Positions 17,612-26,262 of a stretch of DNA of 64,000 nt are shown piece by piece. The stretch's first letter is position 1, and the number at the start of each line of letters is the position of its first letter. Source of the DNA: Escherichia phage phiP4. The stretch lies in sequence record PP993145.1. One strand, given 5' to 3'. The notes under the pieces are model-generated. The model did not search any database. It was not told the DNA's origin and saw only the letters and a program-made list of their open reading frames with translations. The position numbers were made by a program, and so were the translations under genes.

Positions 17612-17700
17612 TGGCGGAAGAAGTGGGAATCGAACCCACAAGGCTATATTTCAAGCCGACAGATTAGCAATCTGCTGCAATACCGTTATGCTATTCTTCC
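17612..17700 (-). tRNA. tRNA-Ser (GCU), type II
   Basis: Acceptor GGAAGAA/TTCTTCC, anticodon loop TTGCTAA, long variable arm hairpin GGCT...AGCC, 89 nt. Confidence 0.65.
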
Positions 17701-17721
17701 GAATTTATAAGATATATTATA

Positions 17722-18291
17722 TTAGAAATTTAGCTTCATAGCAAGAAAATTTTTCAAGTTTTCGGTAGACATCTCATCCACATCTACAGGAGAAACAAAG
17801 CCGTTTAATTTTCTAGCAAATTTTTCACCTGCAGGGTCATTATCCCCGACAGCTACCAATTTAAAAGGTAATAATTTCAGTTGCTTTAATAACGCTTTTC
17901 CTGGAGAAGAACCCAACATTGCCAGGGCTGGATAACCAGCGTTATGTAACGCAACTGCCTTAAATACAGATTCAGCAATCAATACTACTTTTTCATCTCC
18001 ATTGAGAGTTTCTAGTCCCCATACACACTGGATAGTAGAATAAGTAAAATATTTAGCTTCAAATGGGCACTTACCATGACCTTTTGGAGCAGAAGGATTA
18101 TACGTCTGATAGCCTCTCAACATCCCAGAGAAGTCATACAACGGGACTGTTAGCCATCCTTCCGGACTTAACCAGCAATGATATTTATCTGTATCAAATC
18201 CTCTAGATAAGAGGTGCTGTGTTAGCTCATCAACATTCATATTTGGTTCCTCTCTCAAATTTATAGATATATTATACAGAGAATTTAGCAT
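17722..18291 (-). CDS. Toprim-domain protein (primase-core-like)
   Basis: 189 aa; conserved Glu segment VVLIAESVFKAVAL and DxD segment VAVGDNDPAGE typical of Toprim folds. Confidence 0.45.
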   Translation of the reverse strand: MLNSLYNISINLREEPNMNVDELTQHLLSRGFDTDKYHCWLSPEGWLTVPLYDFSGMLRGYQTYNPSAPKGHGKCPFEAKYFTYSTIQCVWGLETLNGDEKVVLIAESVFKAVALHNAGYPALAMLGSSPGKALLKQLKLLPFKLVAVGDNDPAGEKFARKLNGFVSPVDVDEMSTENLKNFLAMKLNF

Positions 18292-18409
18292 TCAAGCAAT
18301 CAAATTTTTTAACTTTTTAGAGGAAAATCATATGGCACTTAAGGGTAGCAGATAAGTGGTGAGGACCAAAATTTGTGACCCCACTAAAAATCCGGGGGTA
18401 ATTTTTAAA

Positions 18410-18450
18410 GACCCCTTGACATTTTCTCGGGGGTAGTGTAAAGTATACGT
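18410..18450 (+). promoter_or_regulatory. sigma70-type promoter
   Basis: TTGACA (18416-18421), 17-bp spacer, TAAAGT (18439-18444), upstream of the plus-strand three-gene unit. Confidence 0.5.
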
Positions 18451-18506
18451 TATGGATGAGTGATCAAAGAGACACACATTTTCTATATACTAGGAGGTGT
18501 CAAAAA

Positions 18507-19493
18507 ATGACAGAAGAAGTAGCTAAGAGTCCTGAGACCGTCGCTAGCGTTGCAGCAGAACTGCACCGTCACGAGGAATCGGATAAGAAAAAGTGGGAGA
18601 AGGTCAGAGCCTACGAAGAGAAACATCGCGAACACGACGATGAAGAAGATGACGATGATGAACATTGTCATAAATATGGAAAACATAAAATGCAAGAACC
18701 AGTAAACGTATTCACTAGTGGCTTCCCTGGCCTACTGGGTGGTTACCCAGCAAACGCAGGTGCTTTCGGTGGTGAAGGTATGGGACTATTCGGAGCTATC
18801 CTAATCGGTGCTCTATTAACAGGCGGATTCGGTGGTTTCGGTGGATTCGGTGGACGTGGTGTAGTTGGTGATGGTACCGCAGTTGATGCAGTACTTCAGA
18901 ACCAAGATACCGCTAGTATTCTAGCAGCTATTAACACTACTCGTACAGAAGCTAACCAGGGTACTGGAGCTGTTTTAAGCGCAGTTAACAATGGTTTTAG
19001 CCAGACATCCCAAAACCAGAGCCGTGATACTCAGTCTGTACTAACTACGATCTATGGTACAGGTGCTAATCTGTCTAATCAGATCTGCCAGGAAACTCGC
19101 AACGTTATTCAGGGTCAGTTCGATCTTTCTCGCCAGATTGATCAATCTTTCGCAGCTAACCAGATAGCTCGTGCACAAGATAAGTTTGATTCTGCACAGA
19201 TCGCTTTCCAGCAGACTTTACAAACTAATAACCAGTTTGCCGCTGTTCAGGCTCAGATGTGTGCTAACCAGAACTCTCTGGAACGTCAGATCGCTGAATG
19301 TTGCTGTGAACTTCAGACTGCGATCGCTGGTGTAACTACTGCGCGTATCCAGGATGAGTTAGACGCATGTCGCCTACGTGAAGCAATCGCTGCTGGTAGC
19401 GGTGCTAACGGTCAGGTAATTAATCAAATCGCTTTAAGTCTTGGTGCTATCACTCAGACTCTGGCTGGTCTGCAGGCTAAACTGCCGGCTTAA
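18507..19493 (+). CDS. Gly-rich membrane protein with Gln/Asn-rich C-terminal region
   Basis: Start ATG after AGGAGG; charged N-terminus, glycine-zipper TM (GLFGAILIGALLTGGFGGFGGFGG), long Q/N/A/T-rich domain; host-like codon usage. Confidence 0.6.
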   Translation: MTEEVAKSPETVASVAAELHRHEESDKKKWEKVRAYEEKHREHDDEEDDDDEHCHKYGKHKMQEPVNVFTSGFPGLLGGYPANAGAFGGEGMGLFGAILIGALLTGGFGGFGGFGGRGVVGDGTAVDAVLQNQDTASILAAINTTRTEANQGTGAVLSAVNNGFSQTSQNQSRDTQSVLTTIYGTGANLSNQICQETRNVIQGQFDLSRQIDQSFAANQIARAQDKFDSAQIAFQQTLQTNNQFAAVQAQMCANQNSLERQIAECCCELQTAIAGVTTARIQDELDACRLREAIAAGSGANGQVINQIALSLGAITQTLAGLQAKLPA

Positions 19494-19514
19494 TATTAAG
19501 GGGAGGAGCCCATT

Positions 19515-19919
19515 ATGAGTAAATATGGTTTTGTAAATAACGGACTTAATCAAAGTATGGGCTCCCAGCAGCCCATGCCGGGTCTGGATAACCCCTACTT
19601 ACAACAGTTGCAACAGCGTTTAGCAGAAGCGCAACAGATGCAGCAACAACTCCAGCAAAACCCTGGAAGTGTGAGTCCTATGCAAATGATGCAGCAAATG
19701 AGCGGGCAGTCGCAAATGCCTCAACAAATGCAGCAACAGGTGCCGCAGCAGCAAACCCAACAACCGCAGGTTTCTGCGGAAGGACAGGCAGTACTAGCCC
19801 TTTTCGAAGACTTCGCAAAGACAGAGGATGGGAAACAGCTTGTATCACTTATGGGTAAGTTTAATAGCTTCTGCCAAAGCCAAGTTGCAAAAGCTCAAAA
19901 TGGTGGTAATAACTCCTAA
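19515..19919 (+). CDS. Gln-rich low-complexity protein
   Basis: 134 aa, MQQ/QQL repeats; strong RBS GGGGAGGAG. Confidence 0.5.
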   Translation: MSKYGFVNNGLNQSMGSQQPMPGLDNPYLQQLQQRLAEAQQMQQQLQQNPGSVSPMQMMQQMSGQSQMPQQMQQQVPQQQTQQPQVSAEGQAVLALFEDFAKTEDGKQLVSLMGKFNSFCQSQVAKAQNGGNNS

Positions 19920-19928
19920 GGAGGAATT

Positions 19929-20123
19929 ATGTGTTGCAGAAAATCTGTTTCGTGCTGCCCAATGCCTGTAACACGTTGTTGCTCTCCAGCAATGTTTACG
20001 CAAATACCGGCGTTCAATCCGTTTGCCTTTAAACCTATTCTTATCCTGCCCCCTAGAGTAGATTTTCAGTCAAGATTGGCCTCCCGTATGGGTGGTTGCT
20101 GTACACCGAGAGTGTGGTTCTAA
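19929..20123 (+). CDS. small Cys-rich protein
   Basis: 64 aa with CC pairs (MCCRK..CC..CC..GGCC); RBS AAGGAGG. Confidence 0.45.
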   Translation: MCCRKSVSCCPMPVTRCCSPAMFTQIPAFNPFAFKPILILPPRVDFQSRLASRMGGCCTPRVWF

Positions 20124-20137
20124 ACCAAAAAACAAAA

Positions 20138-20170
20138 GCCCCTGCCGAAAGGTAAGGGGCTTTTTCTTTT
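20138..20170 (+). terminator. rho-independent terminator (plus-strand unit)
   Basis: Hairpin gcccct-gccgaaaggta-aggggc followed by TTTTTCTTTT. Confidence 0.65.
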
Positions 20171-20184
20171 GCCTTAAATACAGA

Positions 20185-20220
20185 AAAGCCCGCGCTCTCG
20201 GAGGAAACGCGGGCTTGGTT
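20185..20220 (-). terminator. rho-independent terminator (SPFH gene)
   Basis: Hairpin agcccgcg...cgcgggct with T-run on minus strand, downstream of 20240..21187. Confidence 0.6.
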
Positions 20221-20239
20221 CGAAGATTACGTGTAACTA

Positions 20240-21187
20240 TTACTTGTTACGCATATCCATGATCATTTGACCATCGTAGCCAGTACCTACCACAGTCTGA
20301 GGCACACCACCTTGATACTTCTGAGCACGAATCATTTCAACTTCCAGTTGCTTCCAGCGAATCATCTCAGGAGTAATGGTACGTTGCAATGCGGCGTTAG
20401 CTTCAGCTTCTTTTTTAGCTGCGTACAGTTTAGCATCTGCGTCACGTTCGTTAGCAATAGCCTGGTTATTACGGGCTTCACGGTCTGCTTCTGCCTGTTT
20501 AACTTTTTGCTGTGCTTCTTGTTCAACACGAGCCAACTCAGCTTTTGCAGCATTAACTTGCTCTTCACGAACTTTGGTATTCTGTACCTGTTCCATGATT
20601 ACTGGTGGCAGAGTAATATCCTGAAGGAATACCTGCTTAACTGTGTAACCATATGGGCGTGCATACTCTTCAACTTCTTGTTGAATTGCAGTTTGCAATT
20701 GAGCCTGAATTTTAGCATCAAACAAATCTTGTGCTTTAGGTACAGACTTACCAAACTCACGAATAGTAGACAGTAATTTTTCAGTTACATATTTGTCTAA
20801 CGCTTGATCCTGAGTACCCGCATTAATACGGTTAATCGGTGCCTTAGAACCATCAAACTGCAACATAACAGTCAGGTCAACAGTGGATTTAAACTTATCC
20901 TGGCTAGGAACCTGAAGTTTATCTAATTTTACAGCAATATCTTTTGTACTAAAAGTATCGAAAGATGCAAATGGGTTTACAAGATGGAAACCCGGTAATA
21001 CTGGGTTAGGATCTACTTTACCCAGAAATGTTTGGGTTTTAACCGTACCATCAGAAACAATAGTATATGAATTAAAGGCTAGAATCAAGCCTGCTAAACC
21101 AACTACAGCACCAATACCCCAACGTTTAATAGTACGAATTACTTTCTGCTCAGAAGTCAGTTCTTTCATATTTTTAGTATTAAACAT
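20240..21187 (-). CDS. SPFH/band-7 (stomatin-prohibitin-HflK/C-like) membrane protein
   Basis: 315 aa; N-terminal TM helix, SPFH-like core, C-terminal coiled coil rich in A/E/Q/K/R (AEADREARNNQAIANERDADAKL). Confidence 0.65.
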   Translation of the reverse strand: MFNTKNMKELTSEQKVIRTIKRWGIGAVVGLAGLILAFNSYTIVSDGTVKTQTFLGKVDPNPVLPGFHLVNPFASFDTFSTKDIAVKLDKLQVPSQDKFKSTVDLTVMLQFDGSKAPINRINAGTQDQALDKYVTEKLLSTIREFGKSVPKAQDLFDAKIQAQLQTAIQQEVEEYARPYGYTVKQVFLQDITLPPVIMEQVQNTKVREEQVNAAKAELARVEQEAQQKVKQAEADREARNNQAIANERDADAKLYAAKKEAEANAALQRTITPEMIRWKQLEVEMIRAQKYQGGVPQTVVGTGYDGQMIMDMRNK

Positions 21188-21221
21188 ATATTTCCTTTGT
21201 TTTAGTTACAGTTAATAAAAT

Positions 21222-21296
21222 TGGCCGAGGTGACAGGATTCGAACCTGCATAAAGGAATTTAGAAGACTCCTGCCTCTCCCTTAGACTACACCCCG
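21222..21296 (-). tRNA. tRNA-Arg (UCU)
   Basis: Acceptor CGGGGTG/CACCTCG, T-arm GCAGG-TTCGAAT-CCTGT, anticodon arm GGAGT-CTTCTAA-ATTCC. Confidence 0.6.
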
Positions 21297-21798
21297 TTTA
21301 AGTATTTTTAAGAACTCTCGTAAAAACTCTTAAAAATACAGACGATACCGGGAGAGTCATAAGTCTCACTCATTAAGTATTTCAAGACAAAATACAGTAA
21401 CGTCTATTATTTTCCAGTTTAAGTCAAGGTGACTTAGTGGTTATGTCCTGCGGTATATTGAGGACTCGGTTAGGCTTGGGGTCATGACTTCCCGCCTTTT
21501 GCTGCTACTCAACAGGAGTTATCGCGAATTACCTGTGCTATTGTGCACCATTAGTGACATCTCTCATGTCAGCATTTCCCACTTTGTGGATAGCTTGAAA
21601 AACTACTCCGATATGGAGAAAGAACTTCACTATCCTAGAATACCTTCTAAAGTTCTTCTTTAGCCTGGACATAGTTAAATCGTAATAAAACTATTCAGCA
21701 GACTGGTTGGTTAGTCTGGAACCAACTACCGCGTGGTTTAGGCAGTGCGCAACTAACCTCGGAAGCTTTTACGTTAAAAGCATCAGTTATCCAGTTCT

Positions 21799-21870
21799 TA
21801 CCGACCGTAGGATTCGAACCTACATCTTCCACCAGTTACGGCTTGATAATACCAATTATACTAGGACGGC
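21799..21870 (-). ncRNA. tRNA-like element (possible pseudo-tRNA)
   Basis: T-arm GTAGG-TTCGAAT-CCTAC and near-complementary acceptor strands, but the anticodon arm does not fold. Confidence 0.3.
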
Positions 21871-22089
21871 AGTGTTACTACATAAGTGATTTCCACACCC
21901 CACTATTTATAAATTAGAGAAGAGTTTAAGGGAGAGGTTTCAGACGCCTCATTTTACACGTTCTAGCCACTAACCGGGATTGCCGCCCCCTGTGTACTAG
22001 TTTTACAACTAACCCACCGACTCTATTCAATGCGCTCCGGTTGGGATTCTGCACTCAGCGTAATCGGCTCGCTGTTCCCTAATTTATGA

Positions 22090-22125
22090 ATATATTATAC
22101 ATAATTTATAAGCATTTAGCAAATG
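22090..22125 (-). promoter_or_regulatory. T5-type early promoter driving leftward transcription into the tRNA region
   Basis: Minus-strand TTGCTA (22117-22122), 17-bp spacer, TATAAT (22094-22099). Confidence 0.5.
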
Positions 22126-22130
22126 AATTT

Positions 22131-22565
22131 TTAGAAAAATTCACTAGCAATCAAAGCAGTTGTTTTACCGTCATAACGTCCAGGAAATTCTGCCTTAATA
22201 GTTTTCATTAAAAGAGCTTTGGTAATTCCTGGATTTAATTTAACCAGTTCTGCAAAATACTCACGAATTTCAGTTTCAGTCAGTTGACTTGGCTGATACT
22301 CTTGCAGCATGGAATAAAGCAGTTGCTCATAGTCTACATCAGTAGGAACTTTCATACCAACTTTAATAGCGCGCTGTTTTGCATTTTCTAGAGCCTTAAT
22401 CTGAGCTTTCAGATAGGCTACGAACTCGGTTCGAGTAACAATGTCTTTATCAATACGTTGCAGATCACCAATCATGGTCTGAAGATTAAGTGCCCGCTCT
22501 TTATCACCGTGAGTACGTGCTAGACTAAGCAGTCCACGAAGGGTCATTAGGATATTTTCACCCAT
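22131..22565 (-). CDS. hypothetical protein
   Basis: 144-aa ORF. Confidence 0.45.
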   Translation of the reverse strand: MGENILMTLRGLLSLARTHGDKERALNLQTMIGDLQRIDKDIVTRTEFVAYLKAQIKALENAKQRAIKVGMKVPTDVDYEQLLYSMLQEYQPSQLTETEIREYFAELVKLNPGITKALLMKTIKAEFPGRYDGKTTALIASEFF

Positions 22566-22803
22566 TATTTCATCCCCAATGCTTGGTTAAAAGATTGTTC
22601 TGTCATAACTGCTGAGACTTTGGCGAAATCAAACTTTTTAGGGTTCGTAGTGATTTCAGCAACGTTAGAAGTTTTAACAGTTTTCGTAGTACGAATACCG
22701 CGAGTGTTAACACCAATAATTACAACTGATTTCATATTTCGCTTCCTCTCATTAATTTATGAAAGTATTATACAGAAATTTAAGTAGTTAAGCAAGTAAA
22801 TTT

Positions 22804-23271
22804 TTAAGTTTTAGTGACAACAGGTTTATAGAATGTATGTCCCTTAATCTTAGTTGTTTTCTTAAATTTCTTTGTCCAGTAAGGTTTATCTTTACCACTA
22901 TGGAAGTATAGTGCTCCATGTGTAGGATCTTGTGGTAAATCAACGTAGTATATCACTCTAGCTAAATTCTTAGCTGTTTGCCAAGCCTCATCAGTTTTAT
23001 CAACTTTTGGTCTCTTAGATACCCAAGAGAACTGGTTAGACTGATATACTACTTTACAGTAGGAATCTGGGAATTTACCGGAGTTTACACGGTTTTTAGT
23101 AACATGTGCAATCGCCGTCATTCCCTTTATGCCCTCACCACGACTTTCGAAATAGATATTTTTAGCAATGCAATCTATTTCTTTTGCATCGTGCGATGCC
23201 TGACTACTAAAGCTGAAGGTAAGGGCAGCTACTAAAAGCAAAGCTGCCTTCATTCTTTTTACTCCTGCCAA
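22804..23271 (-). CDS. secreted cell wall hydrolase (SleB/Hydrolase_2-like)
   Basis: 155 aa; signal peptide, conserved segments NIYFESRGE, AIAHVTKNR, YCKVVYQSNQFSW. Confidence 0.6.
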   Translation of the reverse strand: MAGVKRMKAALLLVAALTFSFSSQASHDAKEIDCIAKNIYFESRGEGIKGMTAIAHVTKNRVNSGKFPDSYCKVVYQSNQFSWVSKRPKVDKTDEAWQTAKNLARVIYYVDLPQDPTHGALYFHSGKDKPYWTKKFKKTTKIKGHTFYKPVVTKT

Positions 23272-23576
23272 TCATATTCAACACGATTGGGATTTTCTTT
23301 ATACCCTAAGTCAAGCAAATCATTACGCATATTTTGCTTAGCTACTGGGTTCGAGGTTACTAGTACCACTTTCTTTGGTCTCTGCCCAAATTCTAAGAGT
23401 AAACGAAGAATTTGATAACCTTCCATACCATCTACAGCCAAGTCATTATCCATATAAACGAAATGGCCTGTGGTATCAGTTTTATTCAGAAACTCTACAG
23501 CGGCTTCTGGGGTTCGAATGATAATGTCCATTCCGTGAAGATTACGCACATCATCAATCAAAATATGAAAAGTCAT
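23259..23576 (-). CDS. standalone CheY-like receiver (REC) domain protein
   Basis: 105 aa; acidic pair ILIDDV, putative phospho-acceptor context YMDNDLAVDGMEG, VVLVTS and conserved Lys region. Confidence 0.5.
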   Translation of the reverse strand: MTFHILIDDVRNLHGMDIIIRTPEAAVEFLNKTDTTGHFVYMDNDLAVDGMEGYQILRLLLEFGQRPKKVVLVTSNPVAKQNMRNDLLDLGYKENPNRVEYDWQE

Positions 23577-24018
23577 AATAGCCTCGTTTCATCAATTTAA
23601 AAATATATTATACAGATAACTTAGTAAATTAGCAAATACATTTTTAAATTGTGAAACTAGTAAACCGATAAACAGCCTAGAGGCGCCACAGGCCATATCT
23701 TATGAGCCATGTACCTTTGATCTAGGGTTTGAATCATCAACGAATACTTTGCATCTTTTAGCTTTAGAAGTTTAGAAGTTTGAGTTCTTTAAACTTTTCA
23801 GCTTTCATACTTAAATGTTGATCTTTGAAGTTGTGTCGGTAATATCAACGACGCTTTGTTTTTACGTGTCAGATTAAATGTCTGATGTAATAAACATAAT
23901 CTCCAATAGATTATACTTTATAGTATGGTCAGCGGTCTTATTTAACCTCGTATTTCAACCGCTGCTGCGAGGTAAGATGCTTGGGCTTTCGTCTACCGAT
24001 TTACTAGCTTTTAAATTA

Positions 24019-24657
24019 TTACTCTACTTCAATGAAGGTAGAGGCGTTAGACTCGGACAGAACAAAGTCAACATTTGTTGCAAAGTCCTGGTATTCCTCG
24101 TCATGCTGCTTAATCAGCTTCTCCAGTTCCAGCGGATCAATCAAGAATGGAGTATTCTTGAGTTCCAGCAGATTGAGCTGCATTTTAACTTCATCTTCGG
24201 AAGTTTTCTTATCGCGGGTAGCCATGCTATCCTGCAAACGCTCATATTTAGCATCAAACTGTGCTTTCTGCGTATTAAACTTAACCGTAGCGGCATGGAA
24301 CTGCTTACGCATGTTAGCCAGCAGTTGAGCTTTAAGCTCCATAGAACGCTTAGCTTCAATTGCTTCCGCAACAGTCATTTTACGAGAACCGATCTCAACG
24401 ATTGTTTCTGCATTGCTCTTAATCAGAGCAGACTTGATACGATCACGCTGAGACATCATATCCAGCAGAGATTGGAAATCAGTCTTAATACGAGTAGACA
24501 GGTCATCTACTTCGATTGCAGCTCCAACTACAACCTGGTTTTTATCCTTACCTTCACCAACAGCAATCAGAAGCTGCTGTTCAGTAGCTTTACGGATTTT
24601 AGCTTCCAGAGATTTGATAGTTGCCAGAGCGCGAGTTTTAGAGATACGAGTAGTCAT
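24019..24657 (-). CDS. hypothetical protein, probably highly expressed
   Basis: 212 aa; strongly E. coli-optimal codons (ctg, cgt, ggt, aaa, gaa); antisense ORF 23878..24690 judged spurious. Confidence 0.55.
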   Translation of the reverse strand: MTTRISKTRALATIKSLEAKIRKATEQQLLIAVGEGKDKNQVVVGAAIEVDDLSTRIKTDFQSLLDMMSQRDRIKSALIKSNAETIVEIGSRKMTVAEAIEAKRSMELKAQLLANMRKQFHAATVKFNTQKAQFDAKYERLQDSMATRDKKTSEDEVKMQLNLLELKNTPFLIDPLELEKLIKQHDEEYQDFATNVDFVLSESNASTFIEVE

Positions 24658-24710
24658 TATTTGCTTCCTTATATGAAGTTTGAGATTTGAATTTATTTAA
24701 AGTTGGTCTA

Positions 24711-24905
24711 TTACAGACCAATTGCCAGCAGAGTGCGCAGAACAGTATCGTTACTGTTATCAATTTTAGGATTAGCACGATTTAGCAGATCAAAGATTTT
24801 CTGGACACCTGATTGACGTTCAGCCATACGACGGATACCCAGATTACGAGTAGCTTTCTTACCATTTTTACGAACATTTTTACGAACATTTTTAGATACT
24901 GGCAT
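24711..24905 (-). CDS. small basic protein
   Basis: 64 aa, Lys/Arg-rich N-terminus with KNVRKNVRKN repeat. Confidence 0.4.
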   Translation of the reverse strand: MPVSKNVRKNVRKNGKKATRNLGIRRMAERQSGVQKIFDLLNRANPKIDNSNDTVLRTLLAIGL

Positions 24906-24975
24906 ATTTGTTTTCCTTTTATTGTTTTCTCAAATTTATGAATATATTATACAGAATTTTGGAGCCGGAAGCAAA

Positions 24976-25677
24976 TCAAATTTTCATTTTTTCGATCATA
25001 GCTGCAACACAATAGCTCTCAACTAAGGCATCGAATGCTGGATCATGCTTAACTGGATAGATTCCATAACGAATAGTGTCCATTTTCTCCATTTTAGCGG
25101 TTGCCCAGCTAATACCTTCAGCCTCTAGCTCTTTGTAACTATATCCAGCTTGCATCCAGAGATTACGAAGAGATCGAACATTGCCCAAATTCCAGAATTT
25201 CCACGGAACTACCTCTTCATTGGTTCCAGCATGGAAAGTGTTTGCAGAGTAGATAGTCATATCAAACTCTGGGCCATTGCCATAATACAAAGCATTATCG
25301 CCTAGAGCCAACTCCATAATATTTTGAGCCATAGAGTAGGCAGCATAGTTAGAGCCGAGTTTATTAGTACAATGATGTTTACCGTTTTGGAATGCAATCA
25401 GCTTTGGATTACGCTCGTTCATAGCTTGCATAATGTGGATAGCAGACGGGCTGTCTTTAGCTTGATCCATCCAGAATGCTAGAGTAGATGCTGTAACTTT
25501 AGCACCAGAGTTAAGCTGATCTTGTACATCCAAAGTAACAAATACTAGATCAGGGTCTTTATCAATTCCATGCATAGCCACAAAAGCGAAAGAAGGCATT
25601 GCGATATGAGTAGTACCACAATCTCCTGGAGTTCCTAGAGATTCAATATCTAGCATACCAAATGGTTTTACTTTCAT
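24976..25677 (-). CDS. DEDD-type 3'-5' exonuclease-like protein
   Basis: 233 aa; N-terminal DxE motif MLDIESLG and C-terminal HDPAFD (H-x4-D) motif. Confidence 0.45.
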   Translation of the reverse strand: MKVKPFGMLDIESLGTPGDCGTTHIAMPSFAFVAMHGIDKDPDLVFVTLDVQDQLNSGAKVTASTLAFWMDQAKDSPSAIHIMQAMNERNPKLIAFQNGKHHCTNKLGSNYAAYSMAQNIMELALGDNALYYGNGPEFDMTIYSANTFHAGTNEEVVPWKFWNLGNVRSLRNLWMQAGYSYKELEAEGISWATAKMEKMDTIRYGIYPVKHDPAFDALVESYCVAAMIEKMKI

Positions 25678-25705
25678 AACTTATCCTTTATTGTGTAGAA
25701 AACTA

Positions 25706-25942
25706 TTAAAGAGCTGTCTCTTTAATAGACTCCCACTTCTTGGGGTCTTTAAAACCAGGAAGCATATCCTCACTGACATCCCAGTTCTCTTCCATAGAGA
25801 AGTCGGGCCATTCATTCCAGCTACCTTCCAGCTCTTCATAACAGGTGTCCATTACCTCATGACTAGAAAGTCGTGTATAATCCCTAGCTGACTTATGGGT
25901 GCTAGCACGGTTAAAATCATTCTTTGCCACAAAATTACGCAT
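25706..25942 (-). CDS. hypothetical acidic protein
   Basis: 78-aa ORF. Confidence 0.4.
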   Translation of the reverse strand: MRNFVAKNDFNRASTHKSARDYTRLSSHEVMDTCYEELEGSWNEWPDFSMEENWDVSEDMLPGFKDPKKWESIKETAL

Positions 25943-25983
25943 AGTTTCTCCAAATAAGAGGGGCTTTCGCCCCCTGATTTAAA

Positions 25984-26199
25984 TCACTTGCCCAGCAGTT
26001 TAAAGATATTTTCCATAATAGTTTGGGCAGATTTTTCACTCTTGTTGGTTTCAGCCAACTTTAAAGCGAGTTCTTCCTGCTGTTTCTGAATATCAGCTGC
26101 GATTTTTTGATCAGCCTCAATACGAGCTTGAAGCTCATCAGTGATAGTGGTAAAGGAAGCAACGATTTCAGTAACGGAACGTGGTTTCTTAGAGAACAT
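25984..26199 (-). CDS. hypothetical protein
   Basis: 71-aa ORF. Confidence 0.4.
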   Translation of the reverse strand: MFSKKPRSVTEIVASFTTITDELQARIEADQKIAADIQKQQEELALKLAETNKSEKSAQTIMENIFKLLGK

Positions 26200-26262
26200 A
26201 AAAATATCCTTGATTAGTTAGAGAATTAGTAGATTGTAGGGGCTTCTGCCCCTATTTATCTA

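Noticed and set aside
23878-24690. Plus-strand 270-aa ORF
   Set aside because: Antisense to a codon-optimised minus-strand gene (24019..24657); its product is low-complexity and Leu/Phe-rich, typical of an antisense artefact. Similar antisense ORFs inside nrdA, the SPFH gene, the polymerase and the Rad50-like gene were ignored.
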